Origin: Thermoplasmatales archaeon
GTDB taxonomy: Archaea > Thermoplasmatota > Thermoplasmata > Thermoplasmatales > Thermoplasmataceae
Length of the DNA stretch: 64,000 nucleotides
Reading direction: 5' to 3'
Assembly (NCBI GenBank): GCA_027310185.1
Contig: DAIDBH010000010.1
Span: 1-64,000, forward strand
How positions within the stretch are numbered: the first letter of the stretch is position 1; each line of letters opens with the position of its first letter. Made by a program: the position numbers and the translations under genes. Under the pieces are notes generated by a model, which worked only from the letters and a program-made list of their open reading frames with translations, made no database searches and had not been told where the DNA came from. Positions 40,221 to 50,465 of this stretch are shown here, in pieces.

Positions 40221-40305
40221 GCAGAGGTTGTCGAGATTGGTCAAAGGCGCCAGATTGAGGGTCTGGTTTCGTAGGGATACGAGGGTTCAAATCCCTCCCT
40301 CTGCA
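40221..40305 (+). tRNA. tRNA-Leu(GAG)
   Basis: GCAGAGG/CCTCTGC acceptor stem, CCAGA-TTGAGGG-TCTGG anticodon arm, long variable arm, GGTTCAAATCC; no encoded CCA. Confidence 0.95.
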
Positions 40306-40407
40306 TAGTTGTTTTTATGAATCTACTTAGATATCTTCCCTAAAAACTATATTTTGAACTGATTAAAACCAGATATATACACAAATTAAATTGTTATTCA
40401 AATAAAA

Positions 40408-40554
40408 CTACTTGTCAAGCTTCTTCTTCAGGTCATTAATTTCATTCTGAATATTCTTGTCCTTTGGATTTCGCCTTGCCCTTTCTTCCAGTTCCTCGAT
40501 CTTTGATTCTATACTCTTTTTCTTTCTTGTGAGATCTCTTTTGCTAAGCCCCAT
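40408..40554 (-). CDS. Small (48 aa) highly charged coiled-coil protein not in the ORF track
   Basis: MGLSKRDLTRKKKSIESKIEELEERARRNPKDKNIQNEINDLKKKLDK*; purine-rich codons; TATA-like element upstream. Confidence 0.7.
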   Translation of the reverse strand: MGLSKRDLTRKKKSIESKIEELEERARRNPKDKNIQNEINDLKKKLDK

Positions 40555-40678
40555 ACGTACTAATTTAATCAGGTAAAATAAATATTTGCATTTGGAAGAA
40601 TATTCAAATTCAATAATTACTATTAAAATGACTGTGGCAAAACAATAAAGTTTTACACATTAAATTCATAGTGGAACT

Positions 40679-43060
40679 ATGGAAGTTCTAAACTACTGGA
40701 TAAAACTGGAATATGATCACAGTAACAAGACATATAGTGGAAAGGAAAAGATACAGCTTGAAGGAAAGGAAGACAAACTAATTCTGAACACTCTGGAACA
40801 GAAAATAAGCAAGATAACTCTTGACGGAAAGAATGTGGAACTTCTGGCAGGCAGGAGGGACGACGAAAAGGTGATCGAGGCAAAATTAAATGGAAAATCA
40901 CTTCTTGAAATCGAATTCACTTCAAAACTTAATGACGCATTAACTGGACTTTATCTGGCAAGGGCATCAGACGGCTCAGAGATGGCAACTACCCAGTTCG
41001 AGTCCATAGGTGCCAGAAGGGCGTTTCCATGTTTTGACAATCCATCCATGAAAGCAACTTTTGATATAGAGATCACCACAGGCTCAGATCTTGATGTGAT
41101 TTCCAATATGCCTGAAAAGGAGGTAGTCAAATCAGGCAGCGTGAAGACTGTCAAGTTCCAGAGAACACCAAGAATGTCAACCTACCTTGTTTACATAGGA
41201 ATAGGAAAGTTCGAGACAAAGGAGAGCAGCTTTGAAAATGTAAAGTTATATCTTTCTGGACTCAGGGGAAACCTTGATACTACAGATTTCCCTCTGGTAA
41301 TGGCAGCACAGTCTCTCGAATTTTTTAACAAATACTTCGGAATAAAATACCCATTGCCAAAGATGCATCTCATATCTGTTCCAGAATTTGCAGCAGGTGC
41401 GATGGAAAACTGGGGCGCAATAACATTCAGGGAGGTTGCAATCCTGGTCAACAAGAGTACCGGAGGGGCAACAAAAAAGAGGGTTGCAGCTGTAATTGCT
41501 CACGAGATAGCACATCAGTGGTTCGGGAACCTTGTAACAATGAAATGGTGGAATGATCTGTGGCTGAATGAGAGTTTTGCAACATTCATGATGTATAAGG
41601 TCGTGGAAAATTACTATCCTGAATGGAAGGTTACCGGTGATATGCTATTATCAAGGGGAAGAGGGGCTTTCACCGATGACTCACTTGAAAGCACTCACCC
41701 AATAGAAGCTAATGTGAAGGAACCCGAAGAAATTGAGCAGATATTCGATCAGATAAGCTATGGAAAGGGGGGAATGATCCTGAGAATGATTGAATCCTAC
41801 GCAGGCAATGAGAGCTTCCAGGATGGGTTACACAATTATCTGGAGAAATTTTCATACTCAAACGCAGAAGGACAGGACCTCTGGAAAAGCATTGCTAAAT
41901 CATCAGGAAAGCCGGTTGATAGAATAATGGAATCCTGGGTGAAGAGGGAAGGGTACCCCATGTTGAAATTAAAATATGATTCCAACAGGATAAAGATAAC
42001 CCAGTCAAGGTTCTATCTTGATGGCAGGGAAGGCAGGGATATATGGCCTGTTCCACTTACTGTTCTGAGGGAAAACGGCGTAGAAAGCAACCTTATGGAA
42101 ACAAGGGAAATCACGATTCCAGGAGATGGATTTGTTAAGCTGAACGTTGGAGAAACAGGATTCTATAGGGTACTTTATCCTGAGGAATTTTACGCAAACA
42201 TTTACAGCAGATCAGAAGAGCTCGACTACAAGGATTTCATAGGAATACTGTCTGATCTTTATGCATTTGTTGTATCCGGGAAGATAGATCTAAAGGTATA
42301 CCTTGATGTGGTAAAGCAATTCTCAAATTCCTCAGATCTTAATGTTGTAACCCAGATATCAAACGACCTCGCAGAATTGAGAAACATATTAACATCCAGT
42401 AATGCCCTTGATGAAACGTACCTAAACTTCCACAGGGAGCAGGTAAGGAGACTCGAAGCAAAGAAATCAACAGACGTAAATGATTCTATTCTATACGGAA
42501 CAGTACTCAGAAGACTTGTTGATGTTGATGGCGAGAAGGCAGGGGAAATGGCTGCAAAATTCAAAAATATGGAAAACGAAATTCCCGATATAAGAGATTC
42601 CATAGCAGTTGCATATGCAAAGGAGACAAAGAACCTGCAGGAAATACAAAAGAAGATGTTTGCACTTAAGAGCGATGAAGATAAGGTAAAGCTCATAGTG
42701 GCCGCAGGGCATATTCCAGGGGAGGACGCATTCAATTCAATGTACGGTCTGATAGAAGAGGGAAAGATAAAGAAACAGGATGTGGCTTCATACTTTACCT
42801 CATTTGGGGCCTATAGAGAGAACAGGGACCTTGCGATGAAGGAATTCGGCAAAATGGTTTCAAAACTTCAGGACATCTTCAGTGGATCTGGAACCGCATC
42901 AAACCTGGTCTTTGCCCTTGCACCCCTTGTTGGCCTTAACAGGGTTAAGGAAATGGAAACTCTTCTAAACAGCATACGAAATCCGAAGGTGGAAAGAGGA
43001 ATAATGAAAGGCATGGAAAGACTGAAAATAAACCAAAAACTTCTGGATAGAATGCAGTGA
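40679..43060 (+). CDS. M1 aminopeptidase, tricorn-interacting factor F2/F3 type
   Basis: TQFE..GARRAFPCFD, GAMENWG, HEIAHQWFGN...LWLNE, ISYGKG. Confidence 0.93.
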   Translation: MEVLNYWIKLEYDHSNKTYSGKEKIQLEGKEDKLILNTLEQKISKITLDGKNVELLAGRRDDEKVIEAKLNGKSLLEIEFTSKLNDALTGLYLARASDGSEMATTQFESIGARRAFPCFDNPSMKATFDIEITTGSDLDVISNMPEKEVVKSGSVKTVKFQRTPRMSTYLVYIGIGKFETKESSFENVKLYLSGLRGNLDTTDFPLVMAAQSLEFFNKYFGIKYPLPKMHLISVPEFAAGAMENWGAITFREVAILVNKSTGGATKKRVAAVIAHEIAHQWFGNLVTMKWWNDLWLNESFATFMMYKVVENYYPEWKVTGDMLLSRGRGAFTDDSLESTHPIEANVKEPEEIEQIFDQISYGKGGMILRMIESYAGNESFQDGLHNYLEKFSYSNAEGQDLWKSIAKSSGKPVDRIMESWVKREGYPMLKLKYDSNRIKITQSRFYLDGREGRDIWPVPLTVLRENGVESNLMETREITIPGDGFVKLNVGETGFYRVLYPEEFYANIYSRSEELDYKDFIGILSDLYAFVVSGKIDLKVYLDVVKQFSNSSDLNVVTQISNDLAELRNILTSSNALDETYLNFHREQVRRLEAKKSTDVNDSILYGTVLRRLVDVDGEKAGEMAAKFKNMENEIPDIRDSIAVAYAKETKNLQEIQKKMFALKSDEDKVKLIVAAGHIPGEDAFNSMYGLIEEGKIKKQDVASYFTSFGAYRENRDLAMKEFGKMVSKLQDIFSGSGTASNLVFALAPLVGLNRVKEMETLLNSIRNPKVERGIMKGMERLKINQKLLDRMQ

Positions 43061-43152
43061 AGAATCAAAATTTTCATTATTTTCATCCTAATAATGCAAA
43101 GCCAATGGGGAGAATTATAAAGAATATCAACATGAAGTTAGAGGTGTGAACT

Positions 43153-43713
43153 TTGAGTGGAGAATTAACAAGAAGTCAGAAAAATTTTTTGAACAAACTT
43201 ATGGAGGAATCCTCTGAAAGACTTGAAGCTTCAGAAAAATTCATGAGAAATCTTGGAAAGGGAGAGATATCTGAACTGAGTGTACAGGAGGCATCCAGAC
43301 TTATTGATGAACTGCAAAAGATAAAGACTGAGGGTGGCAGTTCCATTGGAGGCAATGGGCCAACGAAGAAGCAGAAAACATTCATTTCAAACTTGCAGGA
43401 TAGTGAAGAGAGAATAGCGTTCACAAGAAAGTATCTCGAGAAGGCTGGGAAGAAAAGTGTAGATGAGTTGAATGTGAAGGAGGCATCGGCCCTTATAGAC
43501 GGTCTAATGGAAAAGAAAGGAGATCCTGAAAGATCAAGGGCACAGACAGATTTCCAGGCAACACCAAAGCAGATAAATTATATCAGGAGTCTTCAGAAAT
43601 CTGAAAAAGATCAAAAAACAGTTACAGAGTACCTGAAATCAATAGGCAAGAAGTCCCTGGATGAGATCACGAGAACAGAGGCAAGTACAATTATTGAAAA
43701 ACTTAAAATTTAG
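43153..43713 (+). CDS. Hypothetical protein made of three ~60-aa tandem repeats
   Basis: Motif T..Q..(F/Y)(I/L)..L ... GK....EL...EAS.LI..L occurs three times; GAGGTG SD before TTG. Confidence 0.8.
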   Translation: MSGELTRSQKNFLNKLMEESSERLEASEKFMRNLGKGEISELSVQEASRLIDELQKIKTEGGSSIGGNGPTKKQKTFISNLQDSEERIAFTRKYLEKAGKKSVDELNVKEASALIDGLMEKKGDPERSRAQTDFQATPKQINYIRSLQKSEKDQKTVTEYLKSIGKKSLDEITRTEASTIIEKLKI

Positions 43714-43809
43714 AACCGTTTTCAAAGAAATTTTTAAAAATCCATATGACTTCATGATTTTTTCAATTAATCACAGATATGATTTTATTTCCATATAGTA
43801 TCAGGTATT

Positions 43810-44376
43810 ATGAAAGGAGTCAATAATGCAACAGATCTGATAATTGAAAACAATCCCATGTACTCACTCATGATAAAGAGTGGTATTGTGAATTATACAA
43901 GTCTCGCAAGGAAGATAAAGAAGCAGGTAGAATCAATGACCGGAAAAGAGGTAAAACTCAATACACTTGTAAAATACATCACATCCATAACACCAAGTGA
44001 AAAGGAGGATTACCAGATCAACTACCTGAAGAAATCCAATCTAGATGTGGAATTCAAGTTTGCAGAAAAGGAGGGAAAGGAATTTGATCCTGAACGGGAA
44101 GACATATTCCTGGTTTATAAAACACAGGATGGCTTCAAGTTTCTGGTCAGAAATGATCCCGAAGGAAATCTGGCATGTATACGAATAACCCTTCCCCCAG
44201 AGGCAAAGAAGGCGCCAGGAATAACTCTTTTTGTTGTGGAATTCCTCAGCATGCAACAGATTTCGATTGAAAAGATATACAGGTTTGATCTTGAAATCAT
44301 TCTTGTATGCGCAGTGGATGTAGCAAGCAAGGTAATATCAAGCCTGAGTGATCTGATATTCAAATCCTACCTCTGA
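43810..44376 (+). CDS. Archaeal HTH plus ACT domain putative regulator
   Basis: GIVNYTSLARKI N-terminal motif, PGIT ACT-like C-terminus. Confidence 0.65.
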   Translation: MKGVNNATDLIIENNPMYSLMIKSGIVNYTSLARKIKKQVESMTGKEVKLNTLVKYITSITPSEKEDYQINYLKKSNLDVEFKFAEKEGKEFDPEREDIFLVYKTQDGFKFLVRNDPEGNLACIRITLPPEAKKAPGITLFVVEFLSMQQISIEKIYRFDLEIILVCAVDVASKVISSLSDLIFKSYL

Positions 44377-44575
44377 CATCCTCTCAATTGACAGTACCAT
44401 CAAAAACCAATCTGAAATTTGCTTTCCTGCCAGAATGTTCAAAAGGTTGGAATGTAATTGATTAGACATACCAGTCTATGATTTCAGGGGATCATCTTAA
44501 TATTTTGAAAAGTAAAATTACTCACACTAATTTTTTATAATTTAAAAACTTAATACAAAGCCAATATATGAAAAA

Positions 44576-45388
44576 GTGCAGATTTCAAATTTCCAGAGCA
44601 GGCAGAAAATACTTAAATCAGTTGAAATAGTTCCAAGAAGGAACGGGAATATTGACGATCTGCTGGAAGCAAGGGAAATTTTCTCAGATCTTGCCGACAT
44701 GGTTACAGCTCCAGAAAATCAGATGGGAAGGCCTGGAATAGATCCGCTTGCTGCACTTTATATAATCACTCAGGGAACGAACATGGTTGCTATGCCACAC
44801 GTTACCCCGCGAGACAAGAACTCTCTTTATATATCGTCCCAGGTTCTGACATCGATGAAACTTGGAATCAATCATTTCTTTGTAATCGGGGGAGATCCAA
44901 TATCAAATAATATGGGGAGGGAAGTAAGGGAACTGGATACTAATGAAACTATCAGGCACATCAGGAAGGTTTCTCTGGGACTTGAACTGAATATGGAGGC
45001 AGTAATAGGAGGTGCACTGAATCCATACAGGAATTCAGAAGAGGAAATAGTCGGTTCAAAAATAGATTCTGGTGCCACACTATTCATAAGCCAGATGTGT
45101 TATAACAGTGAACCGTTCAAGAAGAAATGGATCAGGCAGAGAAAATTCAAGCTCTTCATAGGTTTTATGCCAATCCTGAAGAAAAGCAGCGTGGAATCCC
45201 TATCTAAAATGGGAGTTGTACTGCCAGAAAGCATAAAATCACTTATCGAGGATTCAGAAAATCTGAGAGACACATCCATGAAACTCATAGATGACCTTGT
45301 GAATGACTTGAAAGGATATATTGATGGAATTCATATTATGCCAATTGGAAATAATGAAATTGCAAAAGAAATAATGGAGATCTTATAA
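44576..45388 (+). CDS. metF: Methylenetetrahydrofolate reductase family
   Basis: EIVP, PEN.MG, PHVTPRDKN, IGGDP, FISQ, GIHIM; upstream of metE genes. Confidence 0.8.
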   Translation: MQISNFQSRQKILKSVEIVPRRNGNIDDLLEAREIFSDLADMVTAPENQMGRPGIDPLAALYIITQGTNMVAMPHVTPRDKNSLYISSQVLTSMKLGINHFFVIGGDPISNNMGREVRELDTNETIRHIRKVSLGLELNMEAVIGGALNPYRNSEEEIVGSKIDSGATLFISQMCYNSEPFKKKWIRQRKFKLFIGFMPILKKSSVESLSKMGVVLPESIKSLIEDSENLRDTSMKLIDDLVNDLKGYIDGIHIMPIGNNEIAKEIMEIL

Positions 45389-46288
45389 ATGAATGTTAAA
45401 ACACTTGTATATGGAATATACCCGAGAAGTGACAGGCTGAGACTGGATTATGGAAGACATGAAAGAGGAGTACTTTCTACTGAAAAGTTGAAAGCCATAA
45501 TCAGAGAGGAAAAGGAGACATTCTACGGATTGACTGATGGAATCGATCTTGTAACGGATCCTCTCTTCAACTGGTATGACATTTTCAGGCCAATAGTCCT
45601 ATCTGTGGGGGGAATACAGTTAGGGCCACTGAGAAGGTATGGGGAGACAAACACATTTTACAGGGAACCCCTAATCGAGGGGAAAGGAGAACTGAAGCTT
45701 GATGTTTTCACCGAGCATGAATTTGAGGAAAACCCACCTTTCCCAATGTTCTACGGAGGCAGGAGAAAAATTATACCAATTTTTCCTTCGCCGGTAGTGA
45801 TGTACAGAATGTCATCCAGTGAAGGAAATTATTCCGTCCAGGACTTTTCAGAAAATCTGCTTGAAATATATGGTAAATTGGCTGACAGGATGGGGTCAAG
45901 AAAAATATTGATATTCTCACCACAAATTGTTGAAAATGATATTTCATCTATGAAAAAAATATGCTCAACACATGAGATCATACTCCTTTCACCAGAAGGG
46001 ATAAGGCATGAGGATTTTCATAGCATCAACTTCAAGTTTAACTCTATTATTGTCAACAGGAAAGAGGATTTACATGTGGCAGGGGATCATTCCATGACTC
46101 CGGGTTTCGGGATCCTTGATGCACACAATACAAGAGTAGAATCTGGGAAAGACATAGAAAAACTGATAGGGGAAATTGAAAATGAATTCAGCTTCAATGA
46201 TCTGATAGCAACCCATAACGATTACATGGATTTCCTTCCAAGAACAATAGCAGACAGGAAGGTTAAGATACTTAAGGAGGTAAATTAG
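45389..46288 (+). CDS. Split MetE folate-binding subunit (MetE N-terminal-half homologue)
   Basis: GIYPRS, TDPLFNWYDIFRP, LRRYGETNTFYR.P, ILDAHNTRVE, DFLP..IA.RK; no Zn ligands. Confidence 0.8.
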   Translation: MNVKTLVYGIYPRSDRLRLDYGRHERGVLSTEKLKAIIREEKETFYGLTDGIDLVTDPLFNWYDIFRPIVLSVGGIQLGPLRRYGETNTFYREPLIEGKGELKLDVFTEHEFEENPPFPMFYGGRRKIIPIFPSPVVMYRMSSSEGNYSVQDFSENLLEIYGKLADRMGSRKILIFSPQIVENDISSMKKICSTHEIILLSPEGIRHEDFHSINFKFNSIIVNRKEDLHVAGDHSMTPGFGILDAHNTRVESGKDIEKLIGEIENEFSFNDLIATHNDYMDFLPRTIADRKVKILKEVN

Positions 46289-47320
46289 ATGTCAGAGAGA
46301 CTTATAACACAGGAGATAGGAAGTTTCAGGAAGCCAGAATACCTGAGCAGGAAATTTCACAGCATAGAGGGAACAGATGAATACAGTGAACTCTGCCAGA
46401 AAGCAACGGATGAAACTCTGGAAACGTTCAACAGGGCAGGTCTTCATAACGTAGGAGTTGGTGGGGAAATGTACAGGTGGGAAATGTATGAACATTTTGC
46501 TAAAAGGGTTTCAAACATTGAATTTTACGGTCTGGTAAGATCATTTGATAACAGGTATTACAAGAAGGGAAGCGTGATGGGAATTCCTGAAAGAAAAACA
46601 TCACTTCATCTTGAAGAACTAGAATATTTACTGAGGACAACCAGGAAACCTTTGAAGGTTCCAATCACAGGTGCCTATACAATGATGGACTGGTCTTTCA
46701 ATGAACATTACCACAGCAGGAGGGAACTGGCCATGAGATTTGCAGAACTAATCCACGAGGAAATAGAAACACTTCAGAATTCATGGAACAAATCAGGCAG
46801 AAAGGAGAAGCTGGAGATACAGATAGATGAGCCAGCAACAACAACACATCCATCAGAAATGGATATAGTGGTAGATTCCATGAATGCATCCATGGAAAAA
46901 TTCAGGAATATTGAGTTCACGATCCATGTGTGTTACAGCAAGGATTATCGTATTCTCTATGACAGAATTCCTGAAATGGGATTTCATGGATATAACCTGG
47001 AATATGCCAACAGGGATTCCCTTTCAGTCAATAAGAAGATCAGGGAAGGATATGAGGACCTGAAATATTTCAGGGACATTAACGACACACTTCAGGAAAA
47101 GAGGTTCATAGGACTTGGAGTCACGGATGTACATATTGACACCATTGAATCTCCCGAATTGATTGAAAACAGGATTCATTATGCACTGGATATACTTCAG
47201 GATCCAGAACTCGTGAGGATAAATCCAGATTGCGGATTGAGAACCAGATCCAGGGAAGTAGGATTTGAGAAACTAGCCAACATGGTAGAGGCAGCTAACA
47301 GGATTGGAGAAAAACTCTGA
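46289..47320 (+). CDS. metE: Cobalamin-independent methionine synthase, catalytic subunit
   Basis: IGSFRKP, KVPITGAYT, QIDEPA, HVC and NPDCGL Zn ligands. Confidence 0.92.
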   Translation: MSERLITQEIGSFRKPEYLSRKFHSIEGTDEYSELCQKATDETLETFNRAGLHNVGVGGEMYRWEMYEHFAKRVSNIEFYGLVRSFDNRYYKKGSVMGIPERKTSLHLEELEYLLRTTRKPLKVPITGAYTMMDWSFNEHYHSRRELAMRFAELIHEEIETLQNSWNKSGRKEKLEIQIDEPATTTHPSEMDIVVDSMNASMEKFRNIEFTIHVCYSKDYRILYDRIPEMGFHGYNLEYANRDSLSVNKKIREGYEDLKYFRDINDTLQEKRFIGLGVTDVHIDTIESPELIENRIHYALDILQDPELVRINPDCGLRTRSREVGFEKLANMVEAANRIGEKL

Positions 47321-47382
47321 GGATTCAACAAATCCATAACCGAACTGTGAAAAATTTATAATCATAACAGCCATAGGAAAGC

Positions 47383-48255
47383 ATGAAGGACCAGAATCCA
47401 ATTGAGAGACTATCTTTTGCCGAACTCAAGACAATTGCAAAAAAATCCGGACTAAAAACAATTCCCAGGACCTACAAAAAAGCTGACCTGATAAAATATA
47501 TTACAGAAAATTCAACAGAAGAGAAAAGAAAATCATGGATCGACGAACTTTCAGAAGGCGAAAGGATAGTAGATGGTAGAGACAGGACCGCTACAAGAAA
47601 GGATGAGAAGAATGAAACATTCTCAAGAAAGGAATATATGGTGGATCTTCAAAAAGAAAAGATACACAGAATTGTGGTTGAGGCAGCATGTGAACATTTC
47701 AAGGAGCCTCTGCCAAAGGGTACCGGTGTCAATTTTTATGATGGAATGAGTGACGAACTCCTAAAGCATCTCCATGATGTATTTGTAAAAAAGCTGGACG
47801 ATCCTGAAGGAAAAAACTTTGAGCTTAGGAGTGCAAACTGGCTCGTATACAGGGTCAAGGAGGTTGGCGCAATCAGGACAAGGCACACATTGCCAAATAC
47901 CCAGGAATTACGGCTTGTAGGTTTTGATGTTGAGGGATTGCCTTACTTTATCGGGGAATTTTCAAACGTGGGAATGACAGATCAAAATTTCAGGAAGGGA
48001 ATTGAAAACGCCAGGAAGGTTCTGGAAAACTACGGTCCAAGGCTTATGAAGAAATACAAAAGTGCCTGGATGAGAGTTTACTATTTTGTTCCAGAGGAGC
48101 ATTCTGATAACTTCCTCAAGCTTATCACCAGTGATAAATCCATAGCTGGTGATGGAACAATAAGGGTGAAGCGGGGATTCCTGAAGCAGGACTATTTCAT
48201 AAAGATTTCAGCATTTAAGGTCAACGGGAACAAATATACTGAGATCCATCCCTGA
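47383..48255 (+). CDS. Hypothetical protein: Rho-N/HeH-like N-terminus plus restriction-endonuclease-like C-terminus
   Basis: LSFAELKTIAKKSGL...KKADLI; GKNFE....WL / ELRLVG / FIGEF pattern. Confidence 0.6.
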   Translation: MKDQNPIERLSFAELKTIAKKSGLKTIPRTYKKADLIKYITENSTEEKRKSWIDELSEGERIVDGRDRTATRKDEKNETFSRKEYMVDLQKEKIHRIVVEAACEHFKEPLPKGTGVNFYDGMSDELLKHLHDVFVKKLDDPEGKNFELRSANWLVYRVKEVGAIRTRHTLPNTQELRLVGFDVEGLPYFIGEFSNVGMTDQNFRKGIENARKVLENYGPRLMKKYKSAWMRVYYFVPEEHSDNFLKLITSDKSIAGDGTIRVKRGFLKQDYFIKISAFKVNGNKYTEIHP

Positions 48256-48341
48256 TAATTTTTTTTATTCTATACGAAAAATCCCCATTTCTCCCTATAA
48301 AAATCTCTTAAGTTTTATTAACAGATTTGAAATTGAAGAAA

Positions 48342-49484
48342 ATGAGAAAAGGGTTCCTGGTCATCGGAATTCTAATTATGTCAATGAATTCTCTATATCA
48401 GTACTCCTGGAATGTTTTTGAACCATTGCTCAAAACTGGCCTTGGCGTTACTCTTATCCAGGTTCAGGTTGGATTTTCACTTTTTGCAATATTTTCCACA
48501 GGATTTCAGGGAATTGGCGGGTATTTTGCAGACAAGAATGGCCCTAGGAATATTGGCATACTTTCATCATTTCTTTCAGCTGCGGGATTCCTTGGCACGT
48601 CCGTAAGTGGCAATCTTGCAATGTTCTATATATTCTGGTCCATTGGAAGTATAGGAGAAGGCATTCTGTATGGTATTGCCACCAACCTTGCAGTAAAGTG
48701 GTTCAAGGAAAACCGTGGACTTGCAGTTGGTTTCGTATCCTTTGGATTTGGACTCGGTGCAGCTGTGGCCAATATATTCCTCCTGAAGGCAACAAGTTTC
48801 AGGGAACCTATGCTCATTATCGGCCTGACTGAATTGGTTCTCTTCCCCATACTCCTCAGCATGGTAAAGTATCCAGAAACACAGGTAACTGGTGATAGAC
48901 CGTCAAGAAACCTAAGAAACAGGAGATTCTGGATATTATATGTCTCATTTGTACTTGGTGCTGTACCACTGATAGTGATATCATCCTCCCTTGGAATTCT
49001 TGGCGAGAGGATACCCATAGTCGAATTTGCAATCCTAGTATCTTTATTTCCATTGCTAAGTGGAATGAGCAGGCCTATTCTTGGGTTTTTATCAGACAGA
49101 ATTGGAAGGATCAGGATGGTTTCAATAATCGACATTTTTCTCATTGCAGGGTCATTGCTTCTCCTCAACGGCTATCTTCTGGAATCAATCATTCTTATCG
49201 GATTCTTTGGAGGATCAATGATTTCCCAGTACATGTCTTTGATAGGAGACGTTTTTGGCACGAAGTTCTCAACATCAAACAATGGTGTATTCTACACGGG
49301 AAAAGCAATTTCAGGGTTCATAGGAAGCACATTCTTTTCGGCACTTTTTATAGTAAATGAGGCAGAATCGTTTCAGTTCATATTGATATGTATAGTCGTT
49401 GCACTGGCATTTCTTCTTCTTTCCACCTACGATCCGGAAAAACGAAAAAGAGGTTCAGGAGAGAATGCAGTAGATTTAACATGA
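48342..49484 (+). CDS. OFA (oxalate/formate antiporter) family MFS transporter
   Basis: YQYSWN, GYFADKNGPR, KWF..NRGLA.G, SDRIGR, YTGKA. Confidence 0.88.
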   Translation: MRKGFLVIGILIMSMNSLYQYSWNVFEPLLKTGLGVTLIQVQVGFSLFAIFSTGFQGIGGYFADKNGPRNIGILSSFLSAAGFLGTSVSGNLAMFYIFWSIGSIGEGILYGIATNLAVKWFKENRGLAVGFVSFGFGLGAAVANIFLLKATSFREPMLIIGLTELVLFPILLSMVKYPETQVTGDRPSRNLRNRRFWILYVSFVLGAVPLIVISSSLGILGERIPIVEFAILVSLFPLLSGMSRPILGFLSDRIGRIRMVSIIDIFLIAGSLLLLNGYLLESIILIGFFGGSMISQYMSLIGDVFGTKFSTSNNGVFYTGKAISGFIGSTFFSALFIVNEAESFQFILICIVVALAFLLLSTYDPEKRKRGSGENAVDLT

Positions 49485-49510
49485 GTATTATGGAATGACA
49501 TCATCTAAAA

Positions 49511-50314
49511 TTAATGGAAAATAAGCTTGTCAAGCCCCCTGGTCAGCCCTTTCATGTTTATGACATTTCTTGTTGCCATCAGGGTACCTTCAACGTATGT
49601 ATCTGGCTTCGTTCCAGCGTCAAATTTTAAAGTCAATCTTTCATCATCTCCTCCAAATATTACATCTGTCCCTATGATGAATCCGGGGAGTCTCACAGAA
49701 TGGACCCTTGTACCTCCAAGATCCACACCCCTGCTTTCTTTCAACCCTGTCATCTGTTCATCTGAAACCCTGATCTCAGGCCTGCTGATTGAAGACAATC
49801 TGCTGGCAATTTCAAGTGCAGTACCACTGGGAGAGTCTATTTTATTCCAGGACGCGTAGTCTATAATTTCCCAGCCAGGCATATACCTGGATGCAATTGA
49901 CGAAAAGTGAAGAAGCAGTGCAGCCGAAATTGCAAAGTTCCCTGCAGCGAAAACTCCAACATTCCTGTTCTTTGCCCTACGGTCAATTTCTCCATAATCT
50001 TCATCAATAAGACCAGATGTGCCCACAACAACATTGACACCATGATCAATGGCATAAAGCACATTTTCCTTAACAACATCGGGAGATGTATAATCAATCA
50101 GGACATCAGTTTCTTCATTTAGAGCCCTTTTTACTGAAGGCTCAAATTTCAACTCTTTACCGCTTCCTGGAAAAACACTTCTCAAATTCATCCCTGAAGC
50201 TTTTCTTGAAACTGCTCCGGAAAGATTGAGATCACTTGATTCAAGGACTTTTTCTGTGAGGACTTTTCCAACCCATCCTGTTGCTCCTGCTATGCAGACA
50301 TTAATTCTTTTCAT
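49511..50314 (-). CDS. dapB: 4-hydroxy-tetrahydrodipicolinate reductase
   Basis: GATGWVG, DVLIDYT, VVGTSG, NFAI, KIDSPSGTA, HSVRLPG. Confidence 0.88.
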   Translation of the reverse strand: MKRINVCIAGATGWVGKVLTEKVLESSDLNLSGAVSRKASGMNLRSVFPGSGKELKFEPSVKRALNEETDVLIDYTSPDVVKENVLYAIDHGVNVVVGTSGLIDEDYGEIDRRAKNRNVGVFAAGNFAISAALLLHFSSIASRYMPGWEIIDYASWNKIDSPSGTALEIASRLSSISRPEIRVSDEQMTGLKESRGVDLGGTRVHSVRLPGFIIGTDVIFGGDDERLTLKFDAGTKPDTYVEGTLMATRNVINMKGLTRGLDKLIFH

Positions 50315-50465
50315 AATGTTTCATCAATGATACTATGTATATATGTTCATTCCTGATGTTTGAACCTTTCTTTAAAATGAAAATGCCAGGCTTACAGATG
50401 TTGATATTAGGGATTAATTGAATCGTAAAAAGATTGGAAGAAATTTACTTATGTTCAAACAGTTT

